The notes under the pieces were generated by a model. The model was given only the letters and a program-made list of their open reading frames with translations, did not search any database and was not told the origin of the DNA. The position numbers and the translations under genes are program-made. From Acidobacteriota bacterium (GTDB lineage Bacteria; Acidobacteriota; UBA6911; RPQK01; JAJDTT01), in NCBI GenBank assembly GCA_965209055.1, contig OZ242374.1:864001-928000 (forward strand): DNA of 64,000 nt, given 5' to 3'. Positions 18,204 through 27,484 of the stretch are shown in pieces. Each line of letters starts with the position of its first letter. Position 1 is the stretch's first letter.

Positions 18204-19526
18204 GTGCTGGAACGAATCGAGGCGCGTCTTCGGGAGGGCGCCCTCCACATCCACGACATTCTGGCCGCGGAGGGCTTTCGGACCTATTTCGCGGGAGGCG
18301 CCGTCCGGGACCTTCTCCTGAACCGCCGCTTCGACGAGATCGACATCGCGACCGCGGCTCCTCCCGACGTTGTCGAGAGACTTTTTCCCCGGACCATCGG
18401 AGTGGGGCGCGAATTCGGCGTCGTCGTGGCCGTGGTCGGCGGCACCAACTACGAGATCGCCACCTTCCGGGCCGAGTCCGGGTACACGGACGGAAGGCGT
18501 CCGGACCAGGTCCGCTTCACCCACGCCCGGCAGGACGCCCTGCGCAGGGACTTCACCGTCAATGCCCTCTTCCTGGACCCGGTCACCGGGAAAGTCATCG
18601 ACTACACCAATGGACGGAAGGACCTGGACCGGGGCCTGATCCGGACCGTCCGGGACCCCCTGCTGACGTTCGAAGAGGACAAGCTCCGGGTGCTCAGGGC
18701 GATCCGGTTCGCCTGCCAGCTCGGCTTCCGGATCGACGGCCCCACCTACGACGGCGTGACCCGCTACGCTCATCGGCTCTCGCAGATCAGCCGGGAGAGG
18801 ATCCGGGACGAACTCCTGAAGATTCTCTGCGGTCCCGCACCGGCGCGGGGCCTGTCGCTGCTATCCGACTCGGGCGTGCTGGAGGAGGTGCTGCCGGAGG
18901 TCTTCGACATGCACGGCGTGATGCAGCCGCCGGCATTCCATCCGGAAGGGGACGTCTTTCAGCACACACGGCTCATGTTCTCCCTGGTTCGGAACCTGAG
19001 TCCGACCCTGGCTCTGGCAGTGCTGTTTCACGACGTGGGCAAGCCCGGCACCTTCGCCTTTGGGGACCGGATCCGGTTCGACGGCCACGCCGAATTGGGG
19101 GCCCGGATGGCCGAGGAAATCTGCCGCCGGCTCAAGCTCTCGGGGGTTCAGATTCAGCAGGTGGTGCGTCTGGTCAAGGATCACCTCCGCTTCATGCACG
19201 TCCGGCAGATGCGGGAGAGCACGCTTCGCCGCTTTCTTCGCACGGAAGGTTTCGAAGAACACCTGGAGTTGCATCGCCTGGACTGCCTGGCCAGCCACGG
19301 CGATCTTTCCAACTATGACTTCTGCCGGGAGAAACTGAGCGAACTGGACCGGGAGGCGCTGGCTCCCCCGCCGCTCATCAACGGGCACGACCTGATCGCA
19401 CTGGGCCTGGAGCCGGGGCCCCTGTTCTCGGAGATCCTGAAGCAAGCCGAAGACCTCCAACTGGAGGGGATCCTGACCGCGCGGGACGACGCTTTGTCAT
19501 GGGTTCGGAAGACGCATGGAACATAG
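18204..19526 (+). CDS. cca: CCA tRNA nucleotidyltransferase (class II) with HD domain
   Basis: GGAVRDLLL, DEIDIAT, EIATFRAESGYTDGRRP loop, DALRRDFTVNA, EDKLRVLRAIRF, ERIRDEL, HPEGDV, FHDVGK. Confidence 0.88.
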   Translation: MLERIEARLREGALHIHDILAAEGFRTYFAGGAVRDLLLNRRFDEIDIATAAPPDVVERLFPRTIGVGREFGVVVAVVGGTNYEIATFRAESGYTDGRRPDQVRFTHARQDALRRDFTVNALFLDPVTGKVIDYTNGRKDLDRGLIRTVRDPLLTFEEDKLRVLRAIRFACQLGFRIDGPTYDGVTRYAHRLSQISRERIRDELLKILCGPAPARGLSLLSDSGVLEEVLPEVFDMHGVMQPPAFHPEGDVFQHTRLMFSLVRNLSPTLALAVLFHDVGKPGTFAFGDRIRFDGHAELGARMAEEICRRLKLSGVQIQQVVRLVKDHLRFMHVRQMRESTLRRFLRTEGFEEHLELHRLDCLASHGDLSNYDFCREKLSELDREALAPPPLINGHDLIALGLEPGPLFSEILKQAEDLQLEGILTARDDALSWVRKTHGT

Positions 19527-19596
19527 CCGGCGGCACTGACGATTCGGGGCCGCGCAACTATCTTATCGCCGAGTCGGGTGTTATAAATGGGACACC

Positions 19597-20442
19597 ATGA
19601 TACCCAGAATCCCGTTCTTCGTTGTTCTCCTGATCGGATCGCTGGCTTGGTTCAGTTGCTCGGAACCGCCGCCACCGGAGCCTGAGGCTCCGGTCGATCT
19701 ACCCCCGCCCCCGCCCAAACCGGGAGACATGGTCCTGATCCCCGCCGGGGAGTTCATGATGGGGACCGACAGCGTCCCGAATAACGCTGCAGGTCTGGAG
19801 ACGCCGGCTCACAAGGTGACTTTTGACAACCCCTACTACATCGATGTCTACGAGGTGACCAACGGCCAGTGGATCAAGTTCCTGACCGAGAGCCGCACCA
19901 AGGTGGAAAGCAACTGGCGTCCCATGTACTCCATCGGCAAGGAGGACGTTCCCGTCGCCAATCTGACTCTGGACGACGCCAAGGCCTACTGCGAGTGGGC
20001 CGGAAAACGCCTCCCCACCGAGGCGGAGTGGGAGCGGGCCGCCAGGGGGCCGGAGAACCTCCGGTTTCCGTGGGGAGACGTCTACGATCCGAGCAAGTCC
20101 AACACCAACGACATGAATTTCAACGGCTTGGTCGAAGTCGGCAGCTTCGAGACGGACAAGAGCGGTTACGGCGTCTACGACATGATGGGCAATGTCCAGG
20201 AGTGGACCAGCGATCGGCTCCGGCCTTATCCGCAGAGCACGAGAAAGGTCCGCAACAATCCTGCATTCACGTCCCGGTTCAGGCTCTACTCCTTGAGAGG
20301 TTCGTCCTTCGCCTTCAAGGGAAGCAGCATGAATCTGTTGACCCGTAGCGGATACCCGGCCAAGGCTCAGTACGGGACCGGTTTCCGCTGCGCCAAGGAT
20401 GCCGAAGAAGAGGCTCCCGCGGAGGGTGGCGGAGAGCAGTAG
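19597..20442 (+). CDS. FGE-sulfatase (SUMF1/PvdO-like) domain lipoprotein
   Basis: WFSC lipobox, Pro-rich linker, GEFMMG, YEVTN, RLPTEAEWERAARG, DMMGNVQEW, GFRC; catalytic Cys pair of true FGE absent. Confidence 0.88.
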   Translation: MIPRIPFFVVLLIGSLAWFSCSEPPPPEPEAPVDLPPPPPKPGDMVLIPAGEFMMGTDSVPNNAAGLETPAHKVTFDNPYYIDVYEVTNGQWIKFLTESRTKVESNWRPMYSIGKEDVPVANLTLDDAKAYCEWAGKRLPTEAEWERAARGPENLRFPWGDVYDPSKSNTNDMNFNGLVEVGSFETDKSGYGVYDMMGNVQEWTSDRLRPYPQSTRKVRNNPAFTSRFRLYSLRGSSFAFKGSSMNLLTRSGYPAKAQYGTGFRCAKDAEEEAPAEGGGEQ

Positions 20443-20477
20443 CCACAGCGATCGGCCCATGACCCAGACCGGAGAGC

Positions 20478-20507
20478 TTGACAAGCTCTCCCGCCTTCGA
20501 CTACGAT
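20478..20507 (+). promoter_or_regulatory. Sigma70 promoter of tRNA-Met
   Basis: TTGACA (20478)-18 nt-TACGAT (20502), 13 nt upstream of the tRNA. Confidence 0.7.
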
Positions 20508-20520
20508 TTCCCGTCTCTGT

Positions 20521-20597
<77 letters not shown>

Positions 20598-20711
20598 ACC
20601 TCACCCGTTTTTTTCCGTCCGGTATTTTCCACCCATTCAGGCACGTGCTCACACTGCGGCCTCATAGGTTCGGGCCGTATTGCGTTTTACGGAAAGCGAG
20701 GAAAAGCGAAA

Positions 20712-23492
20712 ATGAAAGGAAGACTGACCGGCCCCACAACCGGTTTATCGACTCTGCTCATGCTCGCCTTGATGTTACCCGCGTTCGGGCAACAGACAGG
20801 TGGACAGGAAGAACGATGCCTCGAGGTTCGGGTCCTGGACCCTTCCTCCGCCTCCATACAAGGCGCCACGGTCACCATCGGGGAACGGGAGGAGAGGACC
20901 GGCAACTCCGGCGTCGCCACATTCTGCGGTCTCGGTTCCGGGCCACACTGGGTCATCGTTTCGGCGGAGAACTTTCAGGTCGACGAAAGCTCCGTGGACC
21001 ATTCGGAGGGCATGGTCGCCATCACCCTCCAGGCCCTCCTGGAGACGGAGCTGGTGGTGGTCGGGAGCCGAGCCCAGCCGCGGTCGGTGACCGAATCTCC
21101 AGTCCCCATCGACGCCATCCCCCTGGAAGATGTCATCAGCCAAGGCTCAACCACCCTCGACTACCAGTTGCGCACACTGGTTCCCTCCTTCAACGTCGCC
21201 ACCCATCCCATCAGTGACGCCGCCACCCTGGTGCGGCCGGCCAGCCTGCGAAACCTGGCGCACGACCACACGCTGGTGCTGGTGAACGGCAAGCGCCGCC
21301 ACCGCTCGTCGGTCATCGCCTGGTTCGCCGGCGTCACGGACGGCGCGCAGGGTCCGGATATTTCGACGATTCCCGCCATCGCGCTGCGCCAGGTGGAGGT
21401 GCTGCGGGACGGCGCGTCGGCCCAATACGGCTCGGACGCCATCGCCGGCGTCATCAACTTCCTGCTCAAGGACGCCCGGGAGGGAGGCAGCGTCGAATTC
21501 AACACCGGCACCTACCACGCGGGGGACGGTGATTCCTACACCTTCGCCGGCAACGTGGGACTGCCGCTGGGCGAAACCGGCTTCGCCAACCTCAGCCTGG
21601 AGTACGGCAACTCCGACCCGACGAACCGAAGCGTGCAACGCGCCGACGCGGCGGCCCTCATCGCGGCCGGCAACACCCACGTGGCCGATCCGGCCCAGAT
21701 CTGGGGCAACCCGACCATCGAGGACGACGTGAAGTTTTTCGGCAACTTCGGCCACCTGTTCTCCAATGGCACACAGATCTACGGCCACACCAATTTCGCG
21801 GAGAAGAAGGTGACGGAGGGTTTCTATTTCCGGAATCCCAACAACCGGGCCAATATCTACAGCCTCGACGGCGGCGAGACCCTGATGGTCGCCGACCTGC
21901 TGGACGCGCGCGACGGCGTCGTGGACGGATCGGCAAACTGTCCCGTCGTGCGAATCACCGGCAACGTACCCGATCAGGAAGCCCTGGCGCGGGTGTCCGC
22001 AGACCCGAACTGCTTCTCCTTCCGGGAGTTGTTCCCAGGCGGCTTTACACCCCAGTTCGGCGGCGTGGTCACCGACATGTCGGTGGTGGGAGGCGTCCGT
22101 GGAGTCCTTGCCAACGGGCTGAACTGGGACGCCAGCGCCAGCTACGGCGCCCACGAGTCGGATTTCTTCTTCAAGAACACCGTCAACGCCTCGCTCGGAC
22201 CCGAAACTCCCACGGAATTCGATCCGGGCCTCTACCGCCAGGAGGACGTGAACCTCAATTTCGACGTCTCCTACGCCGCGACCGACATGATCAACATCGC
22301 CGCCGGCAGCGAGTGGCGAAACGAGCGTTTCGAGATCGGCGCCGGCGGCCGACCGTCCTGGGAGGTGGGACCGTACGCGGCCCAGGGATTCGTCTCCGGC
22401 TCCAACGGATTTCCGGGATTCCCCGACTATACGGCCGGCGCCTGGAATCGCAGCAACGTGGCGCTCTACGGCGACCTGGAACTGCGGGACCCGGGGGACC
22501 GGTGGACGGTGGGCGGCGCCCTCCGGTTCGAGCACTTCGACCTCTTCGGCTCCACGACCAACGGGAAGCTGTCCGCCCGCTTCGGGTTGAGCGACGCGGT
22601 TTCGGTGCGGGGCGGCGTCAGCACCGGGTTCCGCGCTCCGACGCCCGGCCAGCAGAATACGCTCAACGTGCAGACCACCATCGACCCGGACACTCTGCAA
22701 CTGGTCGACAGCGCCAACGTGCCCTCGACTTTTCTTGCGGCGGAGCTGAAGGGGGGCAAACCGCTGGAGCCGGAGACGTCGGTCAACACCACGGCCGGGC
22801 TGGTGATCGACAACGGACCATTCACGCTGACGGCTGACTACTTCCGCGTCGACCTCTCCAACCGCCTCGCTCTTTCGCAAACGTTCACCCTCACGGAGGA
22901 CGAACGGGCGCTGCTGATCTCGGAGGGAATCGCCTCGGCCGGCACGCTGGCCTTCTTCCGGTTCTTCATCAACGATTTCTCGAGCCGGAACCAGGGAATC
23001 GACCTGGTCTCGACCTATACTCCGCCCGGGTTGGGCGGCGGCACGGTGCTCAGTTTCGCCATGAACTACACCCACACGGAACTGACGGAAGAATCGGAGC
23101 TCCTCACCCCCGGCGACGTCCTGGGCCTGCAGCGCGGCGTGCCCCGGATCCGCTGGAACGCCGCCGTCAACCAGAGGGTGGGCCGGGTCGGCCTGCTGGG
23201 CCGCCTGAACTACTTCGGGTCATGGGTCGATCATTTCGACGCCAGGTTCGTCCGAGGCGCCGACTCGCCACTTCTGGAGGGCCGCACCATCGTCGACCTG
23301 GAGGCGAGCATCCGGTTCGGAGAAGGCGTGACCTTGGCATTTGGCGGCCAGAACGTGTTCAACACATTCTCCCAACGGATGGACCTCTTCGCCGACATCT
23401 TCGGGCTCCCCTACAGCCAGTTCACCCCCTGGGGCCTGAGCGGCGGCTACTACTACGCCCGCCTCAACTATTCGTGGGGAAGCAGTTTCTAG
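20712..23492 (+). CDS. TonB-dependent receptor
   Basis: Signal peptide, ELVVVGSR TonB box, plug LVLVNGKRRH..VEVLRDGASAQYGSDAIAGVINF, terminal Phe. Confidence 0.95.
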   Translation: MKGRLTGPTTGLSTLLMLALMLPAFGQQTGGQEERCLEVRVLDPSSASIQGATVTIGEREERTGNSGVATFCGLGSGPHWVIVSAENFQVDESSVDHSEGMVAITLQALLETELVVVGSRAQPRSVTESPVPIDAIPLEDVISQGSTTLDYQLRTLVPSFNVATHPISDAATLVRPASLRNLAHDHTLVLVNGKRRHRSSVIAWFAGVTDGAQGPDISTIPAIALRQVEVLRDGASAQYGSDAIAGVINFLLKDAREGGSVEFNTGTYHAGDGDSYTFAGNVGLPLGETGFANLSLEYGNSDPTNRSVQRADAAALIAAGNTHVADPAQIWGNPTIEDDVKFFGNFGHLFSNGTQIYGHTNFAEKKVTEGFYFRNPNNRANIYSLDGGETLMVADLLDARDGVVDGSANCPVVRITGNVPDQEALARVSADPNCFSFRELFPGGFTPQFGGVVTDMSVVGGVRGVLANGLNWDASASYGAHESDFFFKNTVNASLGPETPTEFDPGLYRQEDVNLNFDVSYAATDMINIAAGSEWRNERFEIGAGGRPSWEVGPYAAQGFVSGSNGFPGFPDYTAGAWNRSNVALYGDLELRDPGDRWTVGGALRFEHFDLFGSTTNGKLSARFGLSDAVSVRGGVSTGFRAPTPGQQNTLNVQTTIDPDTLQLVDSANVPSTFLAAELKGGKPLEPETSVNTTAGLVIDNGPFTLTADYFRVDLSNRLALSQTFTLTEDERALLISEGIASAGTLAFFRFFINDFSSRNQGIDLVSTYTPPGLGGGTVLSFAMNYTHTELTEESELLTPGDVLGLQRGVPRIRWNAAVNQRVGRVGLLGRLNYFGSWVDHFDARFVRGADSPLLEGRTIVDLEASIRFGEGVTLAFGGQNVFNTFSQRMDLFADIFGLPYSQFTPWGLSGGYYYARLNYSWGSSF

Positions 23493-23647
23493 GCGTCAGT
23501 CGAGGATCCCTGCAGCGGCAATCTGGGCTGGTTTCGACCGCTTCCTTACACTCCGGTTCATATGTACCCGGCCATACGCCTGACCTCATTTGGATCGGGT
23601 GCATTTCGGCGAGAAAAACAAGACTGCAAACGAAGACTCGAATCTCA

Positions 23648-24856
23648 TCACGGACCCACCCAGCTTTCTATCGGTTTCGACAGGAATTCTTCTACACTGA
23701 TGCCATCCCACCCGATCAACAAGCGACGGGTCGGGTGAAATACTTTGGTGAAGGCTGCCATTCCCGGCAGTGACTGGCGACCGCTGGTGCTTTTGACTTC
23801 AATCGCCGTTAGCGTCCGGCCGGCACTTGCGACGAAATCGACCTCGCGGTTTCGGTCTCGCCAGTAGAAGACCTGGCAGGAGCCGGCAGCTGCCGCATTC
23901 GCCAGATGAGCCCCAACGGCTGACTCAACCAGTCTTCCCCAGAACTCGGTGTCTGCGCGGGCCTGCTGCAGAGTGAGGCCGCAACCGGACGTCATCAGGG
24001 CCGTGTTGAGGACCTGCAACTTCGGGCTGGAGCTTCTTCGGCGAACAGCAGCACCGGCTTACTTCTGCAGACCGGTCAGCATGCCGGCACCCGCCAACAG
24101 ATCGAGGTAGTGAGCGAGGGTCGTGGTGTTCCCGGCATCCTGGAGCTGCCCCAGCATCTTGGTGTAGGAAAGGATCTGACCCGAATACGTACAGCCCAAT
24201 TCGAACAACCGTCTCAACAGGGCGGGTTTATCCACCCGGGAGAGCAGCAGGACGTCCCGGGAGATGGTGGTTTCGATGAGCGAGTCGCGGATGTAACGTG
24301 ACCACCGTTCCGGCTCTTTGATCAGCGGAGCTGCGCCGGGATAGGCGCCGTAGAACAGGAATTCCTCCAAGGACCAACCGAAGGCGGTCTGCATCTCGGG
24401 GAATTCCCAGTGCGGCAGATGCAGTATTTCGAATCGTCCGGCCAGACTTTCGGTGAGGCTCCGGCCGATCAGGAGCGGCGCCGAACCGGTCAACACCACC
24501 TTGAGCCGGCGCCCGCGCCGCGTATCTTCATCCCACAGGCGCTTTACGGCCTCGGCCCAGTGGGGCGCCTTCTGCGCTTCGTCCAGTACGAAAAGAGCAC
24601 CCCCGGCTTTCGCACCGCCAGCCAGGAGCCGCGCAACATCCCACTGTCCGGCGATCCAATCCGGGCCGCGCAAAGTCGGCTCATCGGCGCTGGCATAGTG
24701 ATGGGGCAAACCGCACTGTTCGGCGACTTGTGTGACCAGGGTGGTCTTGCCGACTTGGCGAGCCCCGGTGACGATCTGGAGGAAACGGCGCGGTTCGCGT
24801 AGACGAGAGTGTAATTCCGCAGCATGAGGGCGCGTATATCCCAAATTACTCAACAC
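23648..24856 (-). pseudogene. AAA-family ATPase with DUF4143-type C-terminus, interrupted by in-frame TAA (24059-24061)
   Basis: Walker A GARQVGKTT, LDEAQ, LTGSA, ESLAGR, YGAYP; same frame continues QK*AGAAVRRRSSSPK..GRLVES..YWR..EVDFV..AIEVKS. Confidence 0.85.
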
Positions 24857-24888
24857 AATGAGTAATATTACTCTTTCTATTGAGTAAT
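24845..24888. promoter_or_regulatory. Two abutting 22-bp palindromes, operator-like, over the start of the AAA gene
   Basis: ATTACTCA-ACACAA-TGAGTAAT and ATTACTC-TTTCTATT-GAGTAAT. Confidence 0.65.
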
Positions 24889-25036
24889 TGGAAACGATAG
24901 TCCGACAATCTTCATCGGTGACCGGAGTCTAAAACCAGCCGGCGGGCAGCAACGATTCCGAACCTGGATCACTTTGGCGACAGGTTGCCGTCGGCAGCGT
25001 CTATTGCCGCCCAGCTTTGCCCCTGCAGGCGGAACC

Positions 25037-25537
25037 TCAGGGCCAATAGCCATCGAAGTTGAAGGAAATGAGCGCCCCTTTCCATCCATCGGGTCCCCGC
25101 TTCCAGATGAAGATCACCTTGCCCCGCCGGCTTTGTTTCTCGCCTCCGGCGGACGGACTCGACTCCAGCAGGTAGACCCCGTTCTCGAAGGCCCAGTCGC
25201 TGGCTACGGTCTTGGACCCGGTGAAGGCGAAATCGTGGATCCGGTGCTCCTGCAGGAACCTTCGGGCCCAGACGGCCACCTCCTGCCGCGACGAGATCGT
25301 CGGTTGCTGCGGGGGCATGACGGCCACGCCCGCGTCCAGGTGGGATCGGATCCATTCCTCGACTCCTCCTTCGTTCATGGCGCGAATGAAGGCGGATCGC
25401 ATGCGGCCCAACTGGGCCCGGTCCTCCTCCAGGCCGGGTCTCGGACCCGCCTCGGGCATCGGGGTCTGGAGTCCGCCGGTACACGCGCAATGGAGAGTCG
25501 CGGCAAGGACGAAGATTCGTTTCAAAAGGTGTTTCAT
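25037..25537 (-). CDS. NTF2-like/DUF4440 (YybH-like) lipoprotein
   Basis: Start MKHLLKR behind GGGAG; LHCAC possible lipobox; MPPQQPTI, DWAFENG, GKVIFIWKRGPDGWK. Confidence 0.7.
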   Translation of the reverse strand: MKHLLKRIFVLAATLHCACTGGLQTPMPEAGPRPGLEEDRAQLGRMRSAFIRAMNEGGVEEWIRSHLDAGVAVMPPQQPTISSRQEVAVWARRFLQEHRIHDFAFTGSKTVASDWAFENGVYLLESSPSAGGEKQSRRGKVIFIWKRGPDGWKGALISFNFDGYWP

Positions 25538-25789
25538 CTTGGTCTCCCACGCTCGGCCCGGCGTCCTCCGTCCAGGGACCCAGGGAGAGCTGTTTCGTGC
25601 TCCCCGCATGCAGCCGAGACTCTCCGCCCCCGAGGAGAGACCAGCAACTCAACGCAGCGGCCAGCACCAGATGCAGGCAACGAGTTTCCGACTGGAGCCC
25701 ACGGCCCTGGGGCAGGTCTCACAGAGACTACACTTGGGGCTGTGGTGTTCCTATACTCACCCCGACGGACACCTGCCGGGAGGGTTTCG

Positions 25790-27448
25790 ATGGACAAGTT
25801 TTTCCGCCTGATACCGACCCTTGTCGTGATTTTCGTGACGTCGAGTTGCGCCGTCCAAAAGCCGTCCTCTTCCGAGACCCGCGGCGAAACCCGGCGCCAA
25901 GGCCAATTGCGGCTCCTCTTGAACAGTGACGGCGGCGACAGCGCGTTGATGGCCTTCGAGCCGCCCATCACTCCGGGCCAGCTCTGCCGGGTGGTGAACG
26001 AGGCCGAAGGAACCCAAGTGGACGTCTTCATCCAATGCGTCCAGTGGAGCGACGAGCAGATGCTCTATCCCACCCGGGTCGCCGAAGTTTATGCCAAGCC
26101 CATCAGCGAGGAACACGAGCGGGACTTCGAGGAGTATCCCGGAATCCGGCGCTGGGCCCGGAACGTCGGCTCCTTGCTGGACGCGGGCCGGGACCCCCTG
26201 GAGATCTGGAGCCGGCGGAGCCATGAGGCGGGAATGCAATTCTGGCCCAGCCTGAGGATGAACGACATTCACAAGGACTGGTCGGAGCGTTGGCCCTCCT
26301 TCCGGAGCCGGTGGGAACGGGACAATTCTCATGTGCGGCTCGGATCCGCCGTCCCCGACCGTTATCTGCACCAGGCGAACCGCTCGCCCCAACCCTCTCA
26401 CGGCTACTCCTGGGCCATGGACTACGCCTTGGAAGAAGTTCGGACCCGAAAGCTGGCCATCATCGCGGAAGTGTGCGCCGACTACGACGTGGACGGCTTC
26501 GAAATGGATTTCCTGAGCCACCCCTACTACTTCAAAAAGGGACAGGAAGCCCATGGCCTGCCCTTGATGAACGATTTCGTGCGCCAGGTCCGCGCGCGGC
26601 TGGACGAGATCGGCCGGGCCAAGGGGCGCAAGCTGACGCTCATGGCGCGGGTCCTCCCTTCTTTGGAACTCAACCGGAAGATCGGGCTGGACCTCCCCAC
26701 CTGGATCCGGGAGGGGTGGGTGGACCTGATCGCGCCGGCGACCCGAGGCTACCTGGACATCTCGGCGGACCTGACTCCTTTCGTGGAGTTGGCCGGGGGG
26801 ACCGGTGTCGAGATCTCCGGGGGCCTGTCCGACCTCTACGTGCGAGATTACACCGGACAGAAGACCGGCCGGGCCACCATCGAAATGCTGCGGGCGGCAG
26901 CGTCGGCCGCCTGGCAGTCCGGCGTGACGAGCCTGCACCTGTTCAACTACGACTGCCACGCCACCGGCAAGGGCAAACCGGGAGTGCTCTTCAGTCCCGG
27001 CGAGCTTCAGGCTCTGAAGGAGATCGGAGATCCCTCCGTGATCGCCCGCAAGGACAAGCACTATTACGTGACTCGCGAAATGGGGGGGCTGACCCCGGAG
27101 GCGGGAGGTGAGATGCAGCTTCCGACGGAGATGGTCCGGGGCGACACCCGGGAACTCCGGTTCCTGGTGGGGGACGACGTGGCGGCGGCCCGTGAGGAGG
27201 GAACTCTGGAATCCACCTCCCTGCTGGTCTCGCTGCGAGGATACGATCGCTGGGACGACGATATGAGGGTGCAGTTGAACGGCCGCAGGCTACGGGGAAG
27301 GTTCGAGGGGGGCGCTCTCCGTTTCGAGGGCGTGACCCCGAAGCGGGGAAAGAACCTGCTGTCGCTGAACCTCCGGAACCGGCCGGCTTCTCGACAGGCT
27401 CCCATCCGGGTCCAAGGCGTCGAACTGTTCATCGATTACCGGGATTGA
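25790..27448 (+). CDS. Glycoside hydrolase-like TIM-barrel lipoprotein (GHL10-like)
   Basis: Start ATG 25790 behind GGGAGG; TSSC lipobox; LNSDGG, SLRMNDIH, YDVDGFEMDF, LHLFNY. Confidence 0.72.
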   Translation: MDKFFRLIPTLVVIFVTSSCAVQKPSSSETRGETRRQGQLRLLLNSDGGDSALMAFEPPITPGQLCRVVNEAEGTQVDVFIQCVQWSDEQMLYPTRVAEVYAKPISEEHERDFEEYPGIRRWARNVGSLLDAGRDPLEIWSRRSHEAGMQFWPSLRMNDIHKDWSERWPSFRSRWERDNSHVRLGSAVPDRYLHQANRSPQPSHGYSWAMDYALEEVRTRKLAIIAEVCADYDVDGFEMDFLSHPYYFKKGQEAHGLPLMNDFVRQVRARLDEIGRAKGRKLTLMARVLPSLELNRKIGLDLPTWIREGWVDLIAPATRGYLDISADLTPFVELAGGTGVEISGGLSDLYVRDYTGQKTGRATIEMLRAAASAAWQSGVTSLHLFNYDCHATGKGKPGVLFSPGELQALKEIGDPSVIARKDKHYYVTREMGGLTPEAGGEMQLPTEMVRGDTRELRFLVGDDVAAAREEGTLESTSLLVSLRGYDRWDDDMRVQLNGRRLRGRFEGGALRFEGVTPKRGKNLLSLNLRNRPASRQAPIRVQGVELFIDYRD

Positions 27449-27484
27449 AGAGGCGAAGGATCCGGCGGTCCAGGAGAGGTGGAG

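Noticed and set aside
19597-20442. FGE protein as sulfatase maturase or DGR target
   Set aside because: Catalytic Cys pair missing (LRGSSFAFKG); no reverse transcriptase or template repeat seen
20598-20711. Riboswitch upstream of a TonB receptor (also 32240-32490 and 37525-37810)
   Set aside because: Only short hairpins; no cobalamin, TPP or other conserved core recognised. An Infernal/Rfam scan would settle it
25540-25720. Signal-peptide-like minus-strand fragment (LVLAAALSCWSLL), a possible gene remnant
   Set aside because: Too short, with no clear start or recognisable domain
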